This document shows positions 1 to 11,041 of a DNA stretch of 64,000 nucleotides, piece by piece (the stretch's first letter is position 1; the number at the start of each line of letters is the position of its first letter). The position numbers and the translations under genes were made by a program. The notes under the pieces are model-generated. The model searched no databases, had not been told where the DNA came from, and saw only the letters and a list, made by a program, of their open reading frames with translations. This stretch comes from Pseudomonadota bacterium (GTDB lineage: Bacteria; Bdellovibrionota; Bdellovibrionia; Bdellovibrionales; SG-bin7): assembly GCA_034439715.1 (NCBI GenBank), contig JAWXAY010000070.1:1-64000 (forward strand), written 5' to 3'.

Positions 1-25
1 GGGGATAAGGATTAAATCTGGCGGC

Positions 26-1180
26 CTATTGATAGCTAATCTCAACAGCCCGTGAAACTCTTTTGGCCAGCAGCCGGGCCTCAGAAACATCGCCAGCCGT
101 TGCTAAAGCTACTCCCATTCTACGAAATTTTCGAGTCGTGGGTTTGCCAAAAATTCGCACGTCAGAATTTTTAAACGATAAAGCTTTATCTAGGCCCTTA
201 ATACTAAATTGCGAAGAATCGCGGTCAGCTAAAATAACCGCTGAAGCTGCGGGACCTCGATAGTTGATGATGGGAATAGGCAAGCCTAATATGGCGCGCA
301 CATGGAGATCAAATTCTGAAAGATCCTGAGAGATCAGCGTCACCAAACCCGTGTCGTGGGGGCGTGGCGAAAGCTCCGAAAAATAAACTTTATCTTTCGT
401 CAAAAAAAACTCGACGCCAAAAATTCCCACACCGCCAAGATTATCGGTAATTTTTTTTGCCATCTGCTTGGCTTCTTCTAATTGCTTGTCGGTGGTCTCA
501 GCGGGCATCCAAGACTCTTGATAATCGCCGCGCTCTTGCCGATGTCCAATGGGGGTGACAAATAAAGTGGGTCCGTCCCATTGCTTTATCGTCAGAAGAG
601 TAATCTCGAGATGAAAATTAATAAATTCTTCAGCGATCACTTTGATTTTGTCGCCACGCATGTTTTCGACGGCATGCTTCCAGGACGCAGAGACCTCTCG
701 GGCGTTTTTGGCCACACTCTGACCTTTTCCTGACGAAGACATAACAGGTTTAATTACGCAAGGGTAACCAATCTCACCACAGATTTTTTTTAAGTCGTCT
801 TCGCTTTCCGCGTAGGCAAATTTTGCGGTGAGAATTTTTAACTCAAAGGCGGCGAGGTTTCTGATGGCATCGCGATTCATTGTCAAATTGGTGGCTCGTG
901 CTGTGGGCACAATCTTGAATCCTTTTTGTTCAAGCTCAATTAACTTCTCTGTACGAATGGCCTCGACTTCGGGAACGATAAAATCGGGCTTATGTTTTTC
1001 TACAACTTTTTCCAACTCATTGCCGTCGAGCATATTGATCACTTCGGAGTGATCTGCGACCTGCATCGCGGGTGCATTTGCATAACTGTCGACCGCAATG
1101 ACTGTGCAGCCCAGTCGTTTTGCCGAGATCGTTACTTCTTTCCCTAATTCTCCAGAGCCAAGTAGCATTAATTTTTTCAT
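26..1180 (-). CDS. purT: Formate-dependent phosphoribosylglycinamide formyltransferase
   Basis: N-terminal [44 protein letters not shown] and RRMGVALA motifs of PurT (ATP-grasp fold). Confidence 0.97.
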   Translation of the reverse strand: MKKLMLLGSGELGKEVTISAKRLGCTVIAVDSYANAPAMQVADHSEVINMLDGNELEKVVEKHKPDFIVPEVEAIRTEKLIELEQKGFKIVPTARATNLTMNRDAIRNLAAFELKILTAKFAYAESEDDLKKICGEIGYPCVIKPVMSSSGKGQSVAKNAREVSASWKHAVENMRGDKIKVIAEEFINFHLEITLLTIKQWDGPTLFVTPIGHRQERGDYQESWMPAETTDKQLEEAKQMAKKITDNLGGVGIFGVEFFLTKDKVYFSELSPRPHDTGLVTLISQDLSEFDLHVRAILGLPIPIINYRGPAASAVILADRDSSQFSIKGLDKALSFKNSDVRIFGKPTTRKFRRMGVALATAGDVSEARLLAKRVSRAVEISYQ

Positions 1181-1316
1181 ATTGCTCCAATCATCAGCAA
1201 AAAATATTTAGCAAACAAATTTAGAAAACTCAAACTAATTCAATCAGTTATGAGAAAATTCTTGCTATAAAATATTGACCTATGCTAAACCCATTGTTTA
1301 TCCAACAAGGACAGTA

Positions 1317-2423
1317 ATGCTCTACCATTGGCTCTATACGCACGCCGACCAGTATTCAGTTTTTAACGTCTTTAGGTATATAACCTTTCGTACTTTCATT
1401 TCTTTTTTTACGGCCTTAATTCTTGGTCTCTACATTGGTCCCAGATTCATTCGTCACTTAGTTCGCAAGCAGGTAGGACAAGCCATTCGCAGCGATGGTC
1501 CGCAATCTCACAAGAAAAAGGCGGGCACACCCACAATGGGTGGGGGTCTAATCTTACTCAGTCTTTTTATCCCTTGTCTGTTGTGGGTTGATTTAAGAAA
1601 TCCATTGGTTTTAGCGATTCTTTTTGTAACTTTAGGATTTGGCGGCATTGGTTACATCGACGACTATCTTAAAGTTTCAAAAAAAAATACTAAAGGATTG
1701 CCAGGTAGGGTGCGCCTCCTGTTTGAATTTTTGATATCAGGCATCGCCATTTTTGTTTTGGTAAAATATAATTATTTTGTTGTAACGGGAGTTAAGAGTG
1801 CTTCTGCTACAAATGTGTGGATTCCGCTTTTAAAAGATGTCTATTTACCCCTTGGATTTCTTTATCCTCTATTTGCGTCTTTTGTAATTGTGGGATGTGC
1901 AAATGCCGTAAATCTTACCGATGGCCTTGATGGGCTCGCAATAGTGCCAGTCATAATTTCTACGGCGACATTTATTATTTTTGCTTATTTAGCCGGTCAT
2001 TTGAGGTTGGCCCAATATTTGTCAATTCCCTACGTTGTTGGCGCCGGTGAGTTGGCTCCAGTTGGTAGCGCCATGGTAGCGGCTGGGTTGGCTTTTTTAT
2101 GGTTCAATTGTTATCCGGCGCAGGTGTTTATGGGTGATGTCGGAAGTCTGAGCATCGGCGGATTTTTGGGAACCATAGCTGTTCTTACCAAAAATGAATT
2201 ATTATTAATGTTGGTCGGTGGGATATTTGTCGTGGTGGCTATGTCAGTTATCCTACAGGTCATCTATTTTAAAATTAGCGGTGGAAAAAGAATTTTTCGT
2301 ATGGCTCCGCTACAACATCACTTTGAATTAAAAGGCATGGAAGAATCCAAAATCATAGTACGTTTTTGGATTGTATCAATTCTTTTGGCAGTTTTAAGTT
2401 TAGCAACTCTCAAATTGAGGTAA
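1317..2423 (+). CDS. mraY: Phospho-N-acetylmuramoyl-pentapeptide transferase
   Basis: [23 protein letters not shown] and FMGDVGSL motifs; multi-TM. Start moved to ATG 1317. The HHH motif reads QHH (see findings). Confidence 0.96.
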   Translation: MLYHWLYTHADQYSVFNVFRYITFRTFISFFTALILGLYIGPRFIRHLVRKQVGQAIRSDGPQSHKKKAGTPTMGGGLILLSLFIPCLLWVDLRNPLVLAILFVTLGFGGIGYIDDYLKVSKKNTKGLPGRVRLLFEFLISGIAIFVLVKYNYFVVTGVKSASATNVWIPLLKDVYLPLGFLYPLFASFVIVGCANAVNLTDGLDGLAIVPVIISTATFIIFAYLAGHLRLAQYLSIPYVVGAGELAPVGSAMVAAGLAFLWFNCYPAQVFMGDVGSLSIGGFLGTIAVLTKNELLLMLVGGIFVVVAMSVILQVIYFKISGGKRIFRMAPLQHHFELKGMEESKIIVRFWIVSILLAVLSLATLKLR

Positions 2424-2427
2424 CGAT

Positions 2428-3813
2428 ATGTGGACAGAAACAGATTTAAAGGATAAGCGAATATTGATCGTAGGCTTGGGTCGGAGCGGAGTTGCTCTTA
2501 GTAAATTTTTGGCCCGTAATGGCGCCAAAGTGACAATCAGTGATCATAAGTCCAAAGCAGAACTCAGTAACGCTTTGGAACAGCTTTCTGATTTGCAGCT
2601 TCAGTTTGACCTCGGCGGACATACTCCCAAGATTTTTTTAGACCAAGATATTATCGTACTGAGCCCGGGTGTTCCTCAGAATCTCAAAATTTTTGAGTAT
2701 GCTAAAGGTCACGGTGTAAAAGTGACGGGCGAGTTTGAGTTTTCTTCATCTTTTATTCGCGAACCGGTAATAGCGATAACTGGCACCAACGGAAAGAGTA
2801 CGACCGCAAGATTAGTCGAAGAAATGTTAAAAGAGTCTGGGGTCAGTGCTTGGTTGGGTGGAAACTTTGGCCCACCGCTCTCAGAATACCTGCTGTTAGA
2901 ACAAAAGGCCCAGGTTGTAGTGGCCGAGGTTTCAAGTTTTCAATTGGAAACAATTGATATCTTTACGCCCCAAAATATTGTCTTCATGAATCTAGCCGAA
3001 AATCATTTGGACCGCTATCGCTCAATGGAAGAATATGTAAACGCTAAAAGAAAAGTATTTAATAATACAAATCAAGCAACGACTTCAATTCTTAATGCCG
3101 ATGATAACGCCGTCGTAGAATTAGCCAAAGACCCCGTCGTACAAAGGGGACGTATATTTTATTTTTCAAAAAAACCAGTCTTAGAACCTCAAATTATGAA
3201 CATCGGGGGCAGTGTCTGTATTGGCAAGGAACTAAAAGTGCGCACGGGTCCAGAAATAGAGACTTTCAGTATCAAGGATATGAAAATGCGGGGCCGTCAT
3301 GCCATTGAAAATATTATGGCAGCTATTTTGGCTGCTCGGGAGCATGGTGCTAAACACGAGGCGATTCAGAAAGTAATAAATACCTTTCCTGGGCTACATC
3401 ATCGCTTAGAATATGTAAGGCGAGTGGGCGGCGTGGAGTTTTTTAATGACTCGAAAGCTACTAACGTACACGCGGTGATGAGAGCACTTGATGCTTTTGA
3501 AGAAAACGTTATTCTTATTTGTGGCGGAAAAGAGGCTCATTGTAATTTCGAGCCAACACGAGAGTTAATTAAGCGACGGGTAAAGACGTTGATTTTGGTT
3601 GGGGAAGCAAAAGAGCGTATAAATCGCGAGATCGGAGACTACTCAGAGACCTTTATCATTGGTACTTTTGAGGAGGCCGTCTTAATAGCCTACCAAAAGT
3701 CTAGGAACGGCGATGTGGTACTTCTCTCGCCTGGGTGCCCAAGTTTTGATAGCTTTGATAGCTTTGAGGAGCGTGGCGACTACTTTAAATCTATTGTGAA
3801 TAAGTTTAGGTAA
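2428..3813 (+). CDS. murD: UDP-N-acetylmuramoyl-L-alanine--D-glutamate ligase
   Basis: GLGRSG, ITGTNGKSTT, EVSSFQLE, HLDRY, NDSKATN and LLSPGCPSFD motifs; dcw position. Confidence 0.97.
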   Translation: MWTETDLKDKRILIVGLGRSGVALSKFLARNGAKVTISDHKSKAELSNALEQLSDLQLQFDLGGHTPKIFLDQDIIVLSPGVPQNLKIFEYAKGHGVKVTGEFEFSSSFIREPVIAITGTNGKSTTARLVEEMLKESGVSAWLGGNFGPPLSEYLLLEQKAQVVVAEVSSFQLETIDIFTPQNIVFMNLAENHLDRYRSMEEYVNAKRKVFNNTNQATTSILNADDNAVVELAKDPVVQRGRIFYFSKKPVLEPQIMNIGGSVCIGKELKVRTGPEIETFSIKDMKMRGRHAIENIMAAILAAREHGAKHEAIQKVINTFPGLHHRLEYVRRVGGVEFFNDSKATNVHAVMRALDAFEENVILICGGKEAHCNFEPTRELIKRRVKTLILVGEAKERINREIGDYSETFIIGTFEEAVLIAYQKSRNGDVVLLSPGCPSFDSFDSFEERGDYFKSIVNKFR

Positions 3814-3829
3814 TATTACGATAGACCTA

Positions 3830-4945
3830 ATGACTCGGCGAAAACCAGAGGGACCTCTGGATCAAATATTACTCCTTTTATTTTTGACCTTAACCGGAAT
3901 CGGTTTAGTTCAAGTTTTTAGTACGTCCTTTATTTTCGCGACCGAATCCCATGGTGACGGGATGTTCTTTCTTAAGAAACAATTGATGTTTACCGTCCTG
4001 GCGTTTATTGCACTTTTTGTATGTGCCTATTTCCCTTGGAAATGGTTTGAGCGGTTGGCTCCCCTGTTGTGGATAGTATGTGCGCTTCTGTTGTTAGCTA
4101 CTTTTGTTCCCGGCGTTGGTGTTAAGGCAGGCGGCGCGAGTCGTTGGATAGGCCTGCCATTCGGATTTAGACTTCAACCTTCAGAATTAATGAAGGTTGC
4201 TCTGCCATTTTATTTCTCATATTTATTGGTACATCCTATGGAGTGGCTTGGAAAACATCGTTGGACTTTCCGCATACTCTCTCTTTTTTTACCGCTCGGA
4301 ATACTTTTGTTTCAGCCTGACTTTGGCTCGTTTGCCGTGATGTTAATGGTCTTGATTTTATTGTTAGTGGCATTTGGATTACGTTGGTCCTACATCATCA
4401 CCGCAACCATTTCTACAAGCTTACTATTTTTTATTTTGATTATGGAATCTCCCTATCGTCGAGCCAGATTGTTCTCTTACTTAGATCCTTGGTCGGAGCG
4501 AAATCAATCGGGATTTCAGCTGATTCAAAGTCTACTCAGTTTTCGTTCTGGCGGCCTTGCGGGGGTGGGATTGGGTCAGGGTCAAGGTAAACTGTTTTTT
4601 TTACCAGAGGCTCACACTGATTTTACTTTGGCGGTTTTGGGAGAAGAACTCGGTTTTTGTGGGGTATTTATTGTATTGTCCTTATTCGGTTTTCTAATAT
4701 ACAGAGGATTCCAAATAGCACTGCGCGCCTCAAGTGAGTTTGAGCGCTCGGTGGCGTTGGGCTTGATTATGATATTTTCGCTATCAGTTTTTGTAAACGT
4801 TGGAGTAGCGCTTGGTATTTTACCGACAAAGGGATTAGCTCTACCGTTTTTAAGTTATGGCGGAAGTTCTTTAATTACCTTAGGTATTATATTTGGTCTG
4901 CTGCTTAATATTCGTCGACGTATTAACCATTGGGCAAAAAGGTAA
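3830..4945 (+). CDS. ftsW: SEDS peptidoglycan glycosyltransferase FtsW
   Basis: QPSELMK, QPDFG, LPEAHTDF and LPFLSYGGSS motifs; lies between murD and murG. Confidence 0.95.
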   Translation: MTRRKPEGPLDQILLLLFLTLTGIGLVQVFSTSFIFATESHGDGMFFLKKQLMFTVLAFIALFVCAYFPWKWFERLAPLLWIVCALLLLATFVPGVGVKAGGASRWIGLPFGFRLQPSELMKVALPFYFSYLLVHPMEWLGKHRWTFRILSLFLPLGILLFQPDFGSFAVMLMVLILLLVAFGLRWSYIITATISTSLLFFILIMESPYRRARLFSYLDPWSERNQSGFQLIQSLLSFRSGGLAGVGLGQGQGKLFFLPEAHTDFTLAVLGEELGFCGVFIVLSLFGFLIYRGFQIALRASSEFERSVALGLIMIFSLSVFVNVGVALGILPTKGLALPFLSYGGSSLITLGIIFGLLLNIRRRINHWAKR

Positions 4946-4948
4946 TCC

Positions 4949-6037
4949 ATGTCCAAAGATATACGTATTGTAATAGCTGGTGGTGGAACAGGCGGACATA
5001 TTTATCCTGCAGTTTCAATGGCTCAAGCACTTGAAAAAACGAATTCCAATGTTAAAATATTTTTTGTCGGCTCTGCACATGGACTGGAAGCAAAAATTAT
5101 TCCTCCACTGGGATATTCTCTGAACTTGATACAGGTCGGAAAATTAAATAAAAATGTTGGCATAATCACGAGAATTAAAACACTAATCTTAATGCCATTT
5201 TCACTTCTTCAGTCCGTTTTAATTCTAAGAAAAATCAGGCCACACTTTGTATTGGGGGTGGGGGGGTATGCCTCGGGACCCTTTGTCTTAGTAGCTAGTT
5301 TGTTTGGTGTTGTTACGGCTGTATGGGAGCCTAACGCCTTTCCTGGTTTGGCCAATCGAATTTTGGATAGGTATGTAAAAAAAGTATTTGTGGTATTCTC
5401 CGAAACCGCGAAATACTTTAAGTGTAAAGAAATCGTTGCTGTAGGCTTGCCAGTGCGAGCTCAGATGTCCGCAAAAGCGCACGACCCTATTGAATCTCGT
5501 GCCTTTCGTGTTCTCATTTTTGGGGGAAGCCAGGGGGCAAGAGCCATTAACAAGGTTGTTTGCGAAGCTTTAACAAAAGACAAAAACTGGTATGCGGATA
5601 TTGAATTTGTTCACCAAGTCGGCAACCTTGATTTTGAGTGGATCGAGAAAAAATATGCAGGAATCTCCTCAAACGTAAAGTATTTTCGTTTTTTGGATGA
5701 CATGGAAATTCGCTACGCCTGGTCGGATTTAGTTTTTTGTCGAGGTGGCATCAGTACGATTTCTGAGCTGGCTGCCTGCCAGAGGGCGGCTGTTATTATT
5801 CCTCTTCCGACAGCAGCTGACGATCATCAGCAAAAAAATACAGAGCCATTAACGCGGGCCCTAGCTGCTTGTATGATTTTACAAACCAACTTTACACCGG
5901 AAGAATTCAAAAGAACCGTTTTAGACCTTAAGTCTAATTTGGAACTGCGCGAGACAATGGAAAAAAACATTAAGGCTTTTTATAAGCCAAACGCTGCCGC
6001 TGAAATATCTCAGCTGATACTGAAGGAGATAAATTGA
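4949..6037 (+). CDS. murG: Lipid II N-acetylglucosaminyltransferase MurG
   Basis: GGGTGGHIYP, GGYASGP, WEPNAFPG and GGSQGA motifs. Confidence 0.96.
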   Translation: MSKDIRIVIAGGGTGGHIYPAVSMAQALEKTNSNVKIFFVGSAHGLEAKIIPPLGYSLNLIQVGKLNKNVGIITRIKTLILMPFSLLQSVLILRKIRPHFVLGVGGYASGPFVLVASLFGVVTAVWEPNAFPGLANRILDRYVKKVFVVFSETAKYFKCKEIVAVGLPVRAQMSAKAHDPIESRAFRVLIFGGSQGARAINKVVCEALTKDKNWYADIEFVHQVGNLDFEWIEKKYAGISSNVKYFRFLDDMEIRYAWSDLVFCRGGISTISELAACQRAAVIIPLPTAADDHQQKNTEPLTRALAACMILQTNFTPEEFKRTVLDLKSNLELRETMEKNIKAFYKPNAAAEISQLILKEIN

Positions 6038-7383
6038 GATTTAAAAATGCTAGATTTCATTTTATTGGGGTCGGTGGAATCGGAATGTGTGGTTTGGCCC
6101 AGTTGCTACATAATATGGGTGCTGTGGTTTCAGGAAGCGACCTTGCAAGCAATCAGCAAACTCAAGCGTTATCGGACCTTGGAGTTAAAATATTTAAGGG
6201 GCATTCGAAAGAAAATATCTCAGGAGTTGAGGTAGTAGTTTATTCAAGTGCGGTAAAATCCGAAAATGTTGAAATGCAAGAAGCCCATCGGCAACGGGTT
6301 CCGATTATATCTCGTGCCGAAGCGCTCGCCGAAATCATGCGTTTGAAAAGGGGAGTGGCTATAGGCGGTACCCATGGTAAGACCACCACCACAAGTATAA
6401 CGGCCTCTATTTTTTTGGAGGCCAAATCAGATCCCACGATAGTAGTTGGCGGAAGACTTCAGCAAATCCAATCAACCGCAATGCTTGGAAAGGGGGAGTG
6501 GTTGTTAGCCGAAGCCGACGAAAGTGACGGAAGCTTTAATAAGCTCTCTCCCGAAGTGGTGGTTATCACCAATATTGATAACGACCATTTGGATCACTTT
6601 GGGAGTTTTAAAAATTTGCAGCAAGGATTCTTGGGGTTTGCGGGGCTTATACCTTTTTATGGCAAAGCCATCGTTTTTGGCGATGACCCCGAAACCAAAA
6701 AACTTTTTAAAGATTTTCGCAAACCTATTTTATTTTACGGTTTTGGCGAAGACAACGATTTTGTGTTGCATGGAGACCCAGGAAATTATGAAATTTTAAA
6801 ATCAAAAAAAGTTCTCGGGGCAATCCAACCTCAATTTCCGGGCCGGCACAATGCCCTTAATAGTTTAGCGGCCCTTGCTGTCGGCCTGGAGGCGGGCTTT
6901 TCTTTTGATGTTTGTAAGCGTGGAATCGAAAAGTTTACTGGGGTTGATCGACGGTTTCAGTTCAAGGGTAAAAAGCGAGATATTACAGTATATGATGATT
7001 ACGGACATCACCCTACTGAGATTAAGGCCGTGACACAGGCTTTTAAAGAAAAGTTTCCTCACAAAAGACTGGTGGTTTATTTTCAGCCCCATCGTTTCTC
7101 ACGAACAGAAACTTGTTGGGAACAATTTACAGAAAGTTTTTCGTTAGCCGATCATGTCTGGATCACTAATATTTATCCTGCTGGAGAAAAGCCCATTGCA
7201 GGAATAACTGCCGAAAGACTAGCGCTAGCGATAAAAAATAGAAATTGTCAGTTTTTATCAAGCGAGAATATAGATGTGACTGTTTCTGAAATTGCTAAGT
7301 TCCTGAAGCCTAATGATATATTTGTGACTTTAGGTGCTGGTGATGGTTGGAAGGTCGGAGTCAAACTATTCGAAACTTTGTAG
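6034..7383 (+). CDS. murC: UDP-N-acetylmuramate--L-alanine ligase
   Basis: HFIGVGGIGM, GTHGKTTT, EADESDG, DDYGHHPTE and FQPHR motifs. TTG start overlaps the murG stop, with GGAG RBS upstream. Confidence 0.97.
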   Translation: MRFKNARFHFIGVGGIGMCGLAQLLHNMGAVVSGSDLASNQQTQALSDLGVKIFKGHSKENISGVEVVVYSSAVKSENVEMQEAHRQRVPIISRAEALAEIMRLKRGVAIGGTHGKTTTTSITASIFLEAKSDPTIVVGGRLQQIQSTAMLGKGEWLLAEADESDGSFNKLSPEVVVITNIDNDHLDHFGSFKNLQQGFLGFAGLIPFYGKAIVFGDDPETKKLFKDFRKPILFYGFGEDNDFVLHGDPGNYEILKSKKVLGAIQPQFPGRHNALNSLAALAVGLEAGFSFDVCKRGIEKFTGVDRRFQFKGKKRDITVYDDYGHHPTEIKAVTQAFKEKFPHKRLVVYFQPHRFSRTETCWEQFTESFSLADHVWITNIYPAGEKPIAGITAERLALAIKNRNCQFLSSENIDVTVSEIAKFLKPNDIFVTLGAGDGWKVGVKLFETL

Positions 7384-7390
7384 GGTAAAC

Positions 7391-8287
7391 GTGAGTCTTC
7401 CTGAAATAAAAAAAAATATGAATTTAGCACCGTTCACCTCTTGGAAGGTTGGTGGAGCTGCGGCTCTTTTTTCTCAACCTCAGAATATTGGAGAGTTAAA
7501 AGAATTAGCAAATTGGGCAGAGGAGAAGAACCAATCTTTGACCATTTTAAGTGGGGGCACTAACGTACTTATTAGTGATCGGGGTATCGATGGTCTTGTG
7601 ATTCAATTGTCGAATCTTGTGGGCACCACGCAAAAAGAAGACAAAAGTCATCTTTCCGTGTCTGCGTTCGCGGGAACGCCAAAATCGGACCTTACCAAAA
7701 TATTTTTGAAAAAGAAGTTAGCGCCTGCTATTTTTTTAGCAGGTCTACCGGGAGACGTTGGCGGCGGCGTTGTCATGAATGCGGGGATAGGTGATCAGGT
7801 TATACCAAAAGAGTTTGTCGAAATTGTGGAATGGGTTGAAGTTTATGATCTCGAACAAAAAAAATTGAGAGTTTATCGTAAAGACGAGCTTAAGTGGTCC
7901 TACAGAAAATGTGAGGGTTGGCAACCAGGCGTCGTAGTACAGGTAGGGTTTATTTGGCCACTCGGTGAAATGCGAGATGTCGTAGAAAAAGTTTTTAACG
8001 CAAACCGAAGTCGTGCGCAGAGGCAGCCCTTGCAGCTTCCAAGTTGTGGATCGGTATTTAAAAACCCTTTGAATGAAAAGGCGGGGCATTTAATTGAGAG
8101 TGCCGGACTAAAGGGTTACCGAATTGGCGATGCTGAGGTCAGTGAGAAACACGCTAATTTTATTGTAAACAGAGGCCAGGCCAAGGCTCAGGATATTCAC
8201 CAAATTATTGAGCACGTAAAGGCAGTTGTGGTTTCAAAATTTAAAGTGAGTCTTGAGACTGAAGTTGTTTATTTAGGAAAGTGGTAA
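7391..8287 (+). CDS. murB: UDP-N-acetylenolpyruvoylglucosamine reductase
   Basis: WKVGG, GGTN, MNAG, QP..PSCGSVFKNP and SEKHANF motifs. Start is probably GTG 7391 or ATG 7418. Confidence 0.95.
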   Translation: MSLPEIKKNMNLAPFTSWKVGGAAALFSQPQNIGELKELANWAEEKNQSLTILSGGTNVLISDRGIDGLVIQLSNLVGTTQKEDKSHLSVSAFAGTPKSDLTKIFLKKKLAPAIFLAGLPGDVGGGVVMNAGIGDQVIPKEFVEIVEWVEVYDLEQKKLRVYRKDELKWSYRKCEGWQPGVVVQVGFIWPLGEMRDVVEKVFNANRSRAQRQPLQLPSCGSVFKNPLNEKAGHLIESAGLKGYRIGDAEVSEKHANFIVNRGQAKAQDIHQIIEHVKAVVVSKFKVSLETEVVYLGKW

Positions 8288-8299
8288 AAATGGAACAAG

Positions 8300-8329
8300 T
8301 TGACAAGAAGCGCCGTGTACGAATAAAGT
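8300..8329 (+). promoter_or_regulatory. Putative sigma70 promoter of the acyl-CoA dehydrogenase gene
   Basis: TTGACA (8300-8305), 18-bp spacer, TAAAGT (8324-8329), immediately upstream of ATG 8341. Confidence 0.5.
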
Positions 8330-8340
8330 AGGAATTACAA

Positions 8341-10023
8341 ATGAACCCTTTTACTCAAGATGGACCAAAGCTTGGCAATCAATTCTCTGATGATCTCGCA
8401 ATGCAAAACTATCTCAAAAGAGTTTTGTCAGAGAAAATGTACAAAGAAATTGAACCAGGGCTCACACATCTTGGTGCTCGTGCGGCAAATGAAATTTTGA
8501 CTTTAGGATATGCCGCCGAAGCTTACCCACCGAAACATATTCCTTTTGATCCCTGGGGAAAGCGTATAGATCGGATCGAAGTGTCACAGGCATGGCGGGA
8601 GCTAGAGCGAATTTCTGCTGAAGAAAAACTAATTGCCACAGCTTATGAACGTCGGCACGGGGATCTTTCGCGAGTCCATCAGTTTGCAAAAATTTATTTA
8701 TATAGTCCGTCTTCGGCCATTGCGACCTGCCCTTTAGCAATGACTGATGGAGCCGCGCGAGCGCTCGAACTTTATGGCAGTGCCGAACTTAAGGCGCGTG
8801 CATTTTCAAAACTAACTTCGGGAAACCCTGATACATTTTGGAGCTCAGGACAATGGATGACTGAAAAGACGGGCGGATCTGACGTTAGCCTAACGGCGAC
8901 GGTTGCAAAAAAAGTTGACGGCAAATTTACTCTTTATGGAGATAAATGGTTTACCTCAGCTACGACCTCTCAGATGGCGATAACTTTGGCTAGGATCGAA
9001 GGTGCGCCTCCAGGCAGCAAGGGACTTAGCATGTTTTATCTTGAACTTAGAGACGAGAAAGGAAATCTCAATAATATTCGAGTACACCGTCTTAAAGATA
9101 AGCTGGGCACTCGCGCTGTTCCTACCGCGGAGCTTACTTTAGAGGGCACTGCCGCTACCTTGATTGGTACTGAAGGCGATGGCGTAAAAAAAATATCCTC
9201 CCTATTTAGTATTACGCGCGTTTGGAACAGTTGCTGTGCGGCGAGTTTTATGAGACGGGGAATGTTCTTGGCAAGAGACTACGCACACAAACGAGTCGCC
9301 TTTGGAAAAAAACTTATCGACCACCCTCTACATCAAAATACGTTGGCTGAGCTCGAGGCTCAAAGCCAAGGGGCTTTTCATATCACATTCCGTGTGGCAG
9401 AACTCCTTGGAAAAGATGAATTGAATACAGCTACGGAGAATGACCGAGTTTTGTTGAGAGTTCTCAATCCCATCGTAAAACTTTATACTGCAAAAAAAGC
9501 CATCGCTCACGCTAGCGAGGTACTAGAAAGTTTTGGCGGTGCTGGCTATTGCGAAGATACGGGGCTTCCTCGACTATTGCGTGATGCTCAAGTTTTATCA
9601 ATTTGGGAGGGGACAACAAATGTTCTTAGCCTTGATATGGTAAGGGCACATGCTAAAGAACGAGGGCTAGATATTTTGGCAAAGGAAATCCAAAATCAAT
9701 TGGAAAAAATAAGTGAATCTTCTTTGCCTGCTTTAGGGGGCATTGCAGAAAGTATAAAATCCTCCTTAGACACAGCTGTAGCGATGCTTCATAAAATTGA
9801 AAAATCCGGTAGCGATGCACTTGAGCAATCCGCACGAGAGCTCGCAATGGGTTTTGGTGATCTTTATGCGGCGACCTTGTTATTGTCACAGGCCGATTGG
9901 GAACTTAAATCTTTTGGAAAGTCTCTCGCTCACCTTTGCGCAGAACGACTGATTCGAGCTCCCAAACAACCCCCAGTGAGTTTATTGTCTGACAGACAGC
10001 TAGCCAGTTTAATTCAATTATAA
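8341..10023 (+). CDS. Acyl-CoA dehydrogenase family protein (AidB-like subfamily)
   Basis: CPLAMTDGA, GQWMTEKTGGSDV, GDKWFTS, RLKDKLG, GGAGYCED and IWEGTTNV motifs. Confidence 0.9.
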   Translation: MNPFTQDGPKLGNQFSDDLAMQNYLKRVLSEKMYKEIEPGLTHLGARAANEILTLGYAAEAYPPKHIPFDPWGKRIDRIEVSQAWRELERISAEEKLIATAYERRHGDLSRVHQFAKIYLYSPSSAIATCPLAMTDGAARALELYGSAELKARAFSKLTSGNPDTFWSSGQWMTEKTGGSDVSLTATVAKKVDGKFTLYGDKWFTSATTSQMAITLARIEGAPPGSKGLSMFYLELRDEKGNLNNIRVHRLKDKLGTRAVPTAELTLEGTAATLIGTEGDGVKKISSLFSITRVWNSCCAASFMRRGMFLARDYAHKRVAFGKKLIDHPLHQNTLAELEAQSQGAFHITFRVAELLGKDELNTATENDRVLLRVLNPIVKLYTAKKAIAHASEVLESFGGAGYCEDTGLPRLLRDAQVLSIWEGTTNVLSLDMVRAHAKERGLDILAKEIQNQLEKISESSLPALGGIAESIKSSLDTAVAMLHKIEKSGSDALEQSARELAMGFGDLYAATLLLSQADWELKSFGKSLAHLCAERLIRAPKQPPVSLLSDRQLASLIQL

Positions 10024-10142
10024 ATCTAGATAAAAGCACTATAATACTCTGATCATGACTGACATTAGTCTAGGCTGGGTGGACATAGCATTTGGTGAAA
10101 TGTATTCTTAACTACTGAATGTGAAATTTTGAGGAGGATTTT

Positions 10143-10535
10143 ATGAAAAAGATTTTATTATTAATAGCAGTGAGTTTGGCTTTCGGTTGTTCATCTGAGG
10201 ATAAAAAAACGGAACCGCCCGCAACAGCGACCAAAGCAACTCCGGCTCCGGCGAAAAAATCTATGGCTGGAAAAGGATTTGCTGATGAAGACATTAGTAA
10301 ACTAAAACCGGGTCAGCCTGGGTCAGTTAGTGAAAGTACAGTGTCTTGCAAAGGGACCGGCGATGATGTACGCACGATCGAGGTTGCTAAAGAGGGCACT
10401 GGTTGCAAAGTTGATTACACAAGATCAGGCAGCACTCAGACTATCGCTACTGCAGCCACTGATTTTAATTATTGCGACGAAAAGCGCGATAAAGTACGCG
10501 CCAATTTAGAGGGTGCTGGCTTTAAGTGCGAATAA
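10143..10535 (+). CDS. Small lipoprotein with four additional Cys
   Basis: Strong GAGGAGG RBS, LAFGC lipobox, Pro/Ala linker, then four Cys. Confidence 0.85.
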   Translation: MKKILLLIAVSLAFGCSSEDKKTEPPATATKATPAPAKKSMAGKGFADEDISKLKPGQPGSVSESTVSCKGTGDDVRTIEVAKEGTGCKVDYTRSGSTQTIATAATDFNYCDEKRDKVRANLEGAGFKCE

Positions 10536-10548
10536 TTTAGGGTACTTT

Positions 10549-11040
10549 CTATGTTGTCATAATTTTGGGAGTGATTAACCACTTTAGCTCTGCTTTGAAT
10601 TTGCTAAAGCTGCCCTGTATTTCAATTAAACAAACAGCGCCTTTTTTTAATTCAATAAAACTTTCCTTTTGTCCTGAGATTAAAAAACTTATCAGGCGAC
10701 TTAATTGGGGTTCGTGACCAACAATCGCTAAATTCTCGACATCCGAAAAAATCCGTCTCAATACAGTCGACAGACTCTTGCCCGCGCTTAATGACTGATA
10801 AACGTCGAGTTTGGCATGCTTATATTTTTTTTGGAGCAGGAGTGCCGTATCGTGGGCCCGTTTTAATGGGCTCGTTAAAATTAAATCAATTTTGGGATTA
10901 ATTTTATAAAGAGACTCCACTGAATCAGAAAAAGCTTTAATGCCTCTCTTCGTCAGAGGCCTTTCGCTTTCACTGAGGTTCATTCTAAGAGCCTCGGATC
11001 TATCCATGGCCTGTGCATGGCGAATGACCAAAAGTTTCAT
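10549..11040 (-). CDS. sixA: SixA-like phosphohistidine phosphatase
   Basis: IRHA, RPLT..G, SPLKRA and VGHEP motifs. ATG 11040 lies next to the ppk stop. Confidence 0.88.
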   Translation of the reverse strand: MKLLVIRHAQAMDRSEALRMNLSESERPLTKRGIKAFSDSVESLYKINPKIDLILTSPLKRAHDTALLLQKKYKHAKLDVYQSLSAGKSLSTVLRRIFSDVENLAIVGHEPQLSRLISFLISGQKESFIELKKGAVCLIEIQGSFSKFKAELKWLITPKIMTT

Positions 11041-11041
11041 A

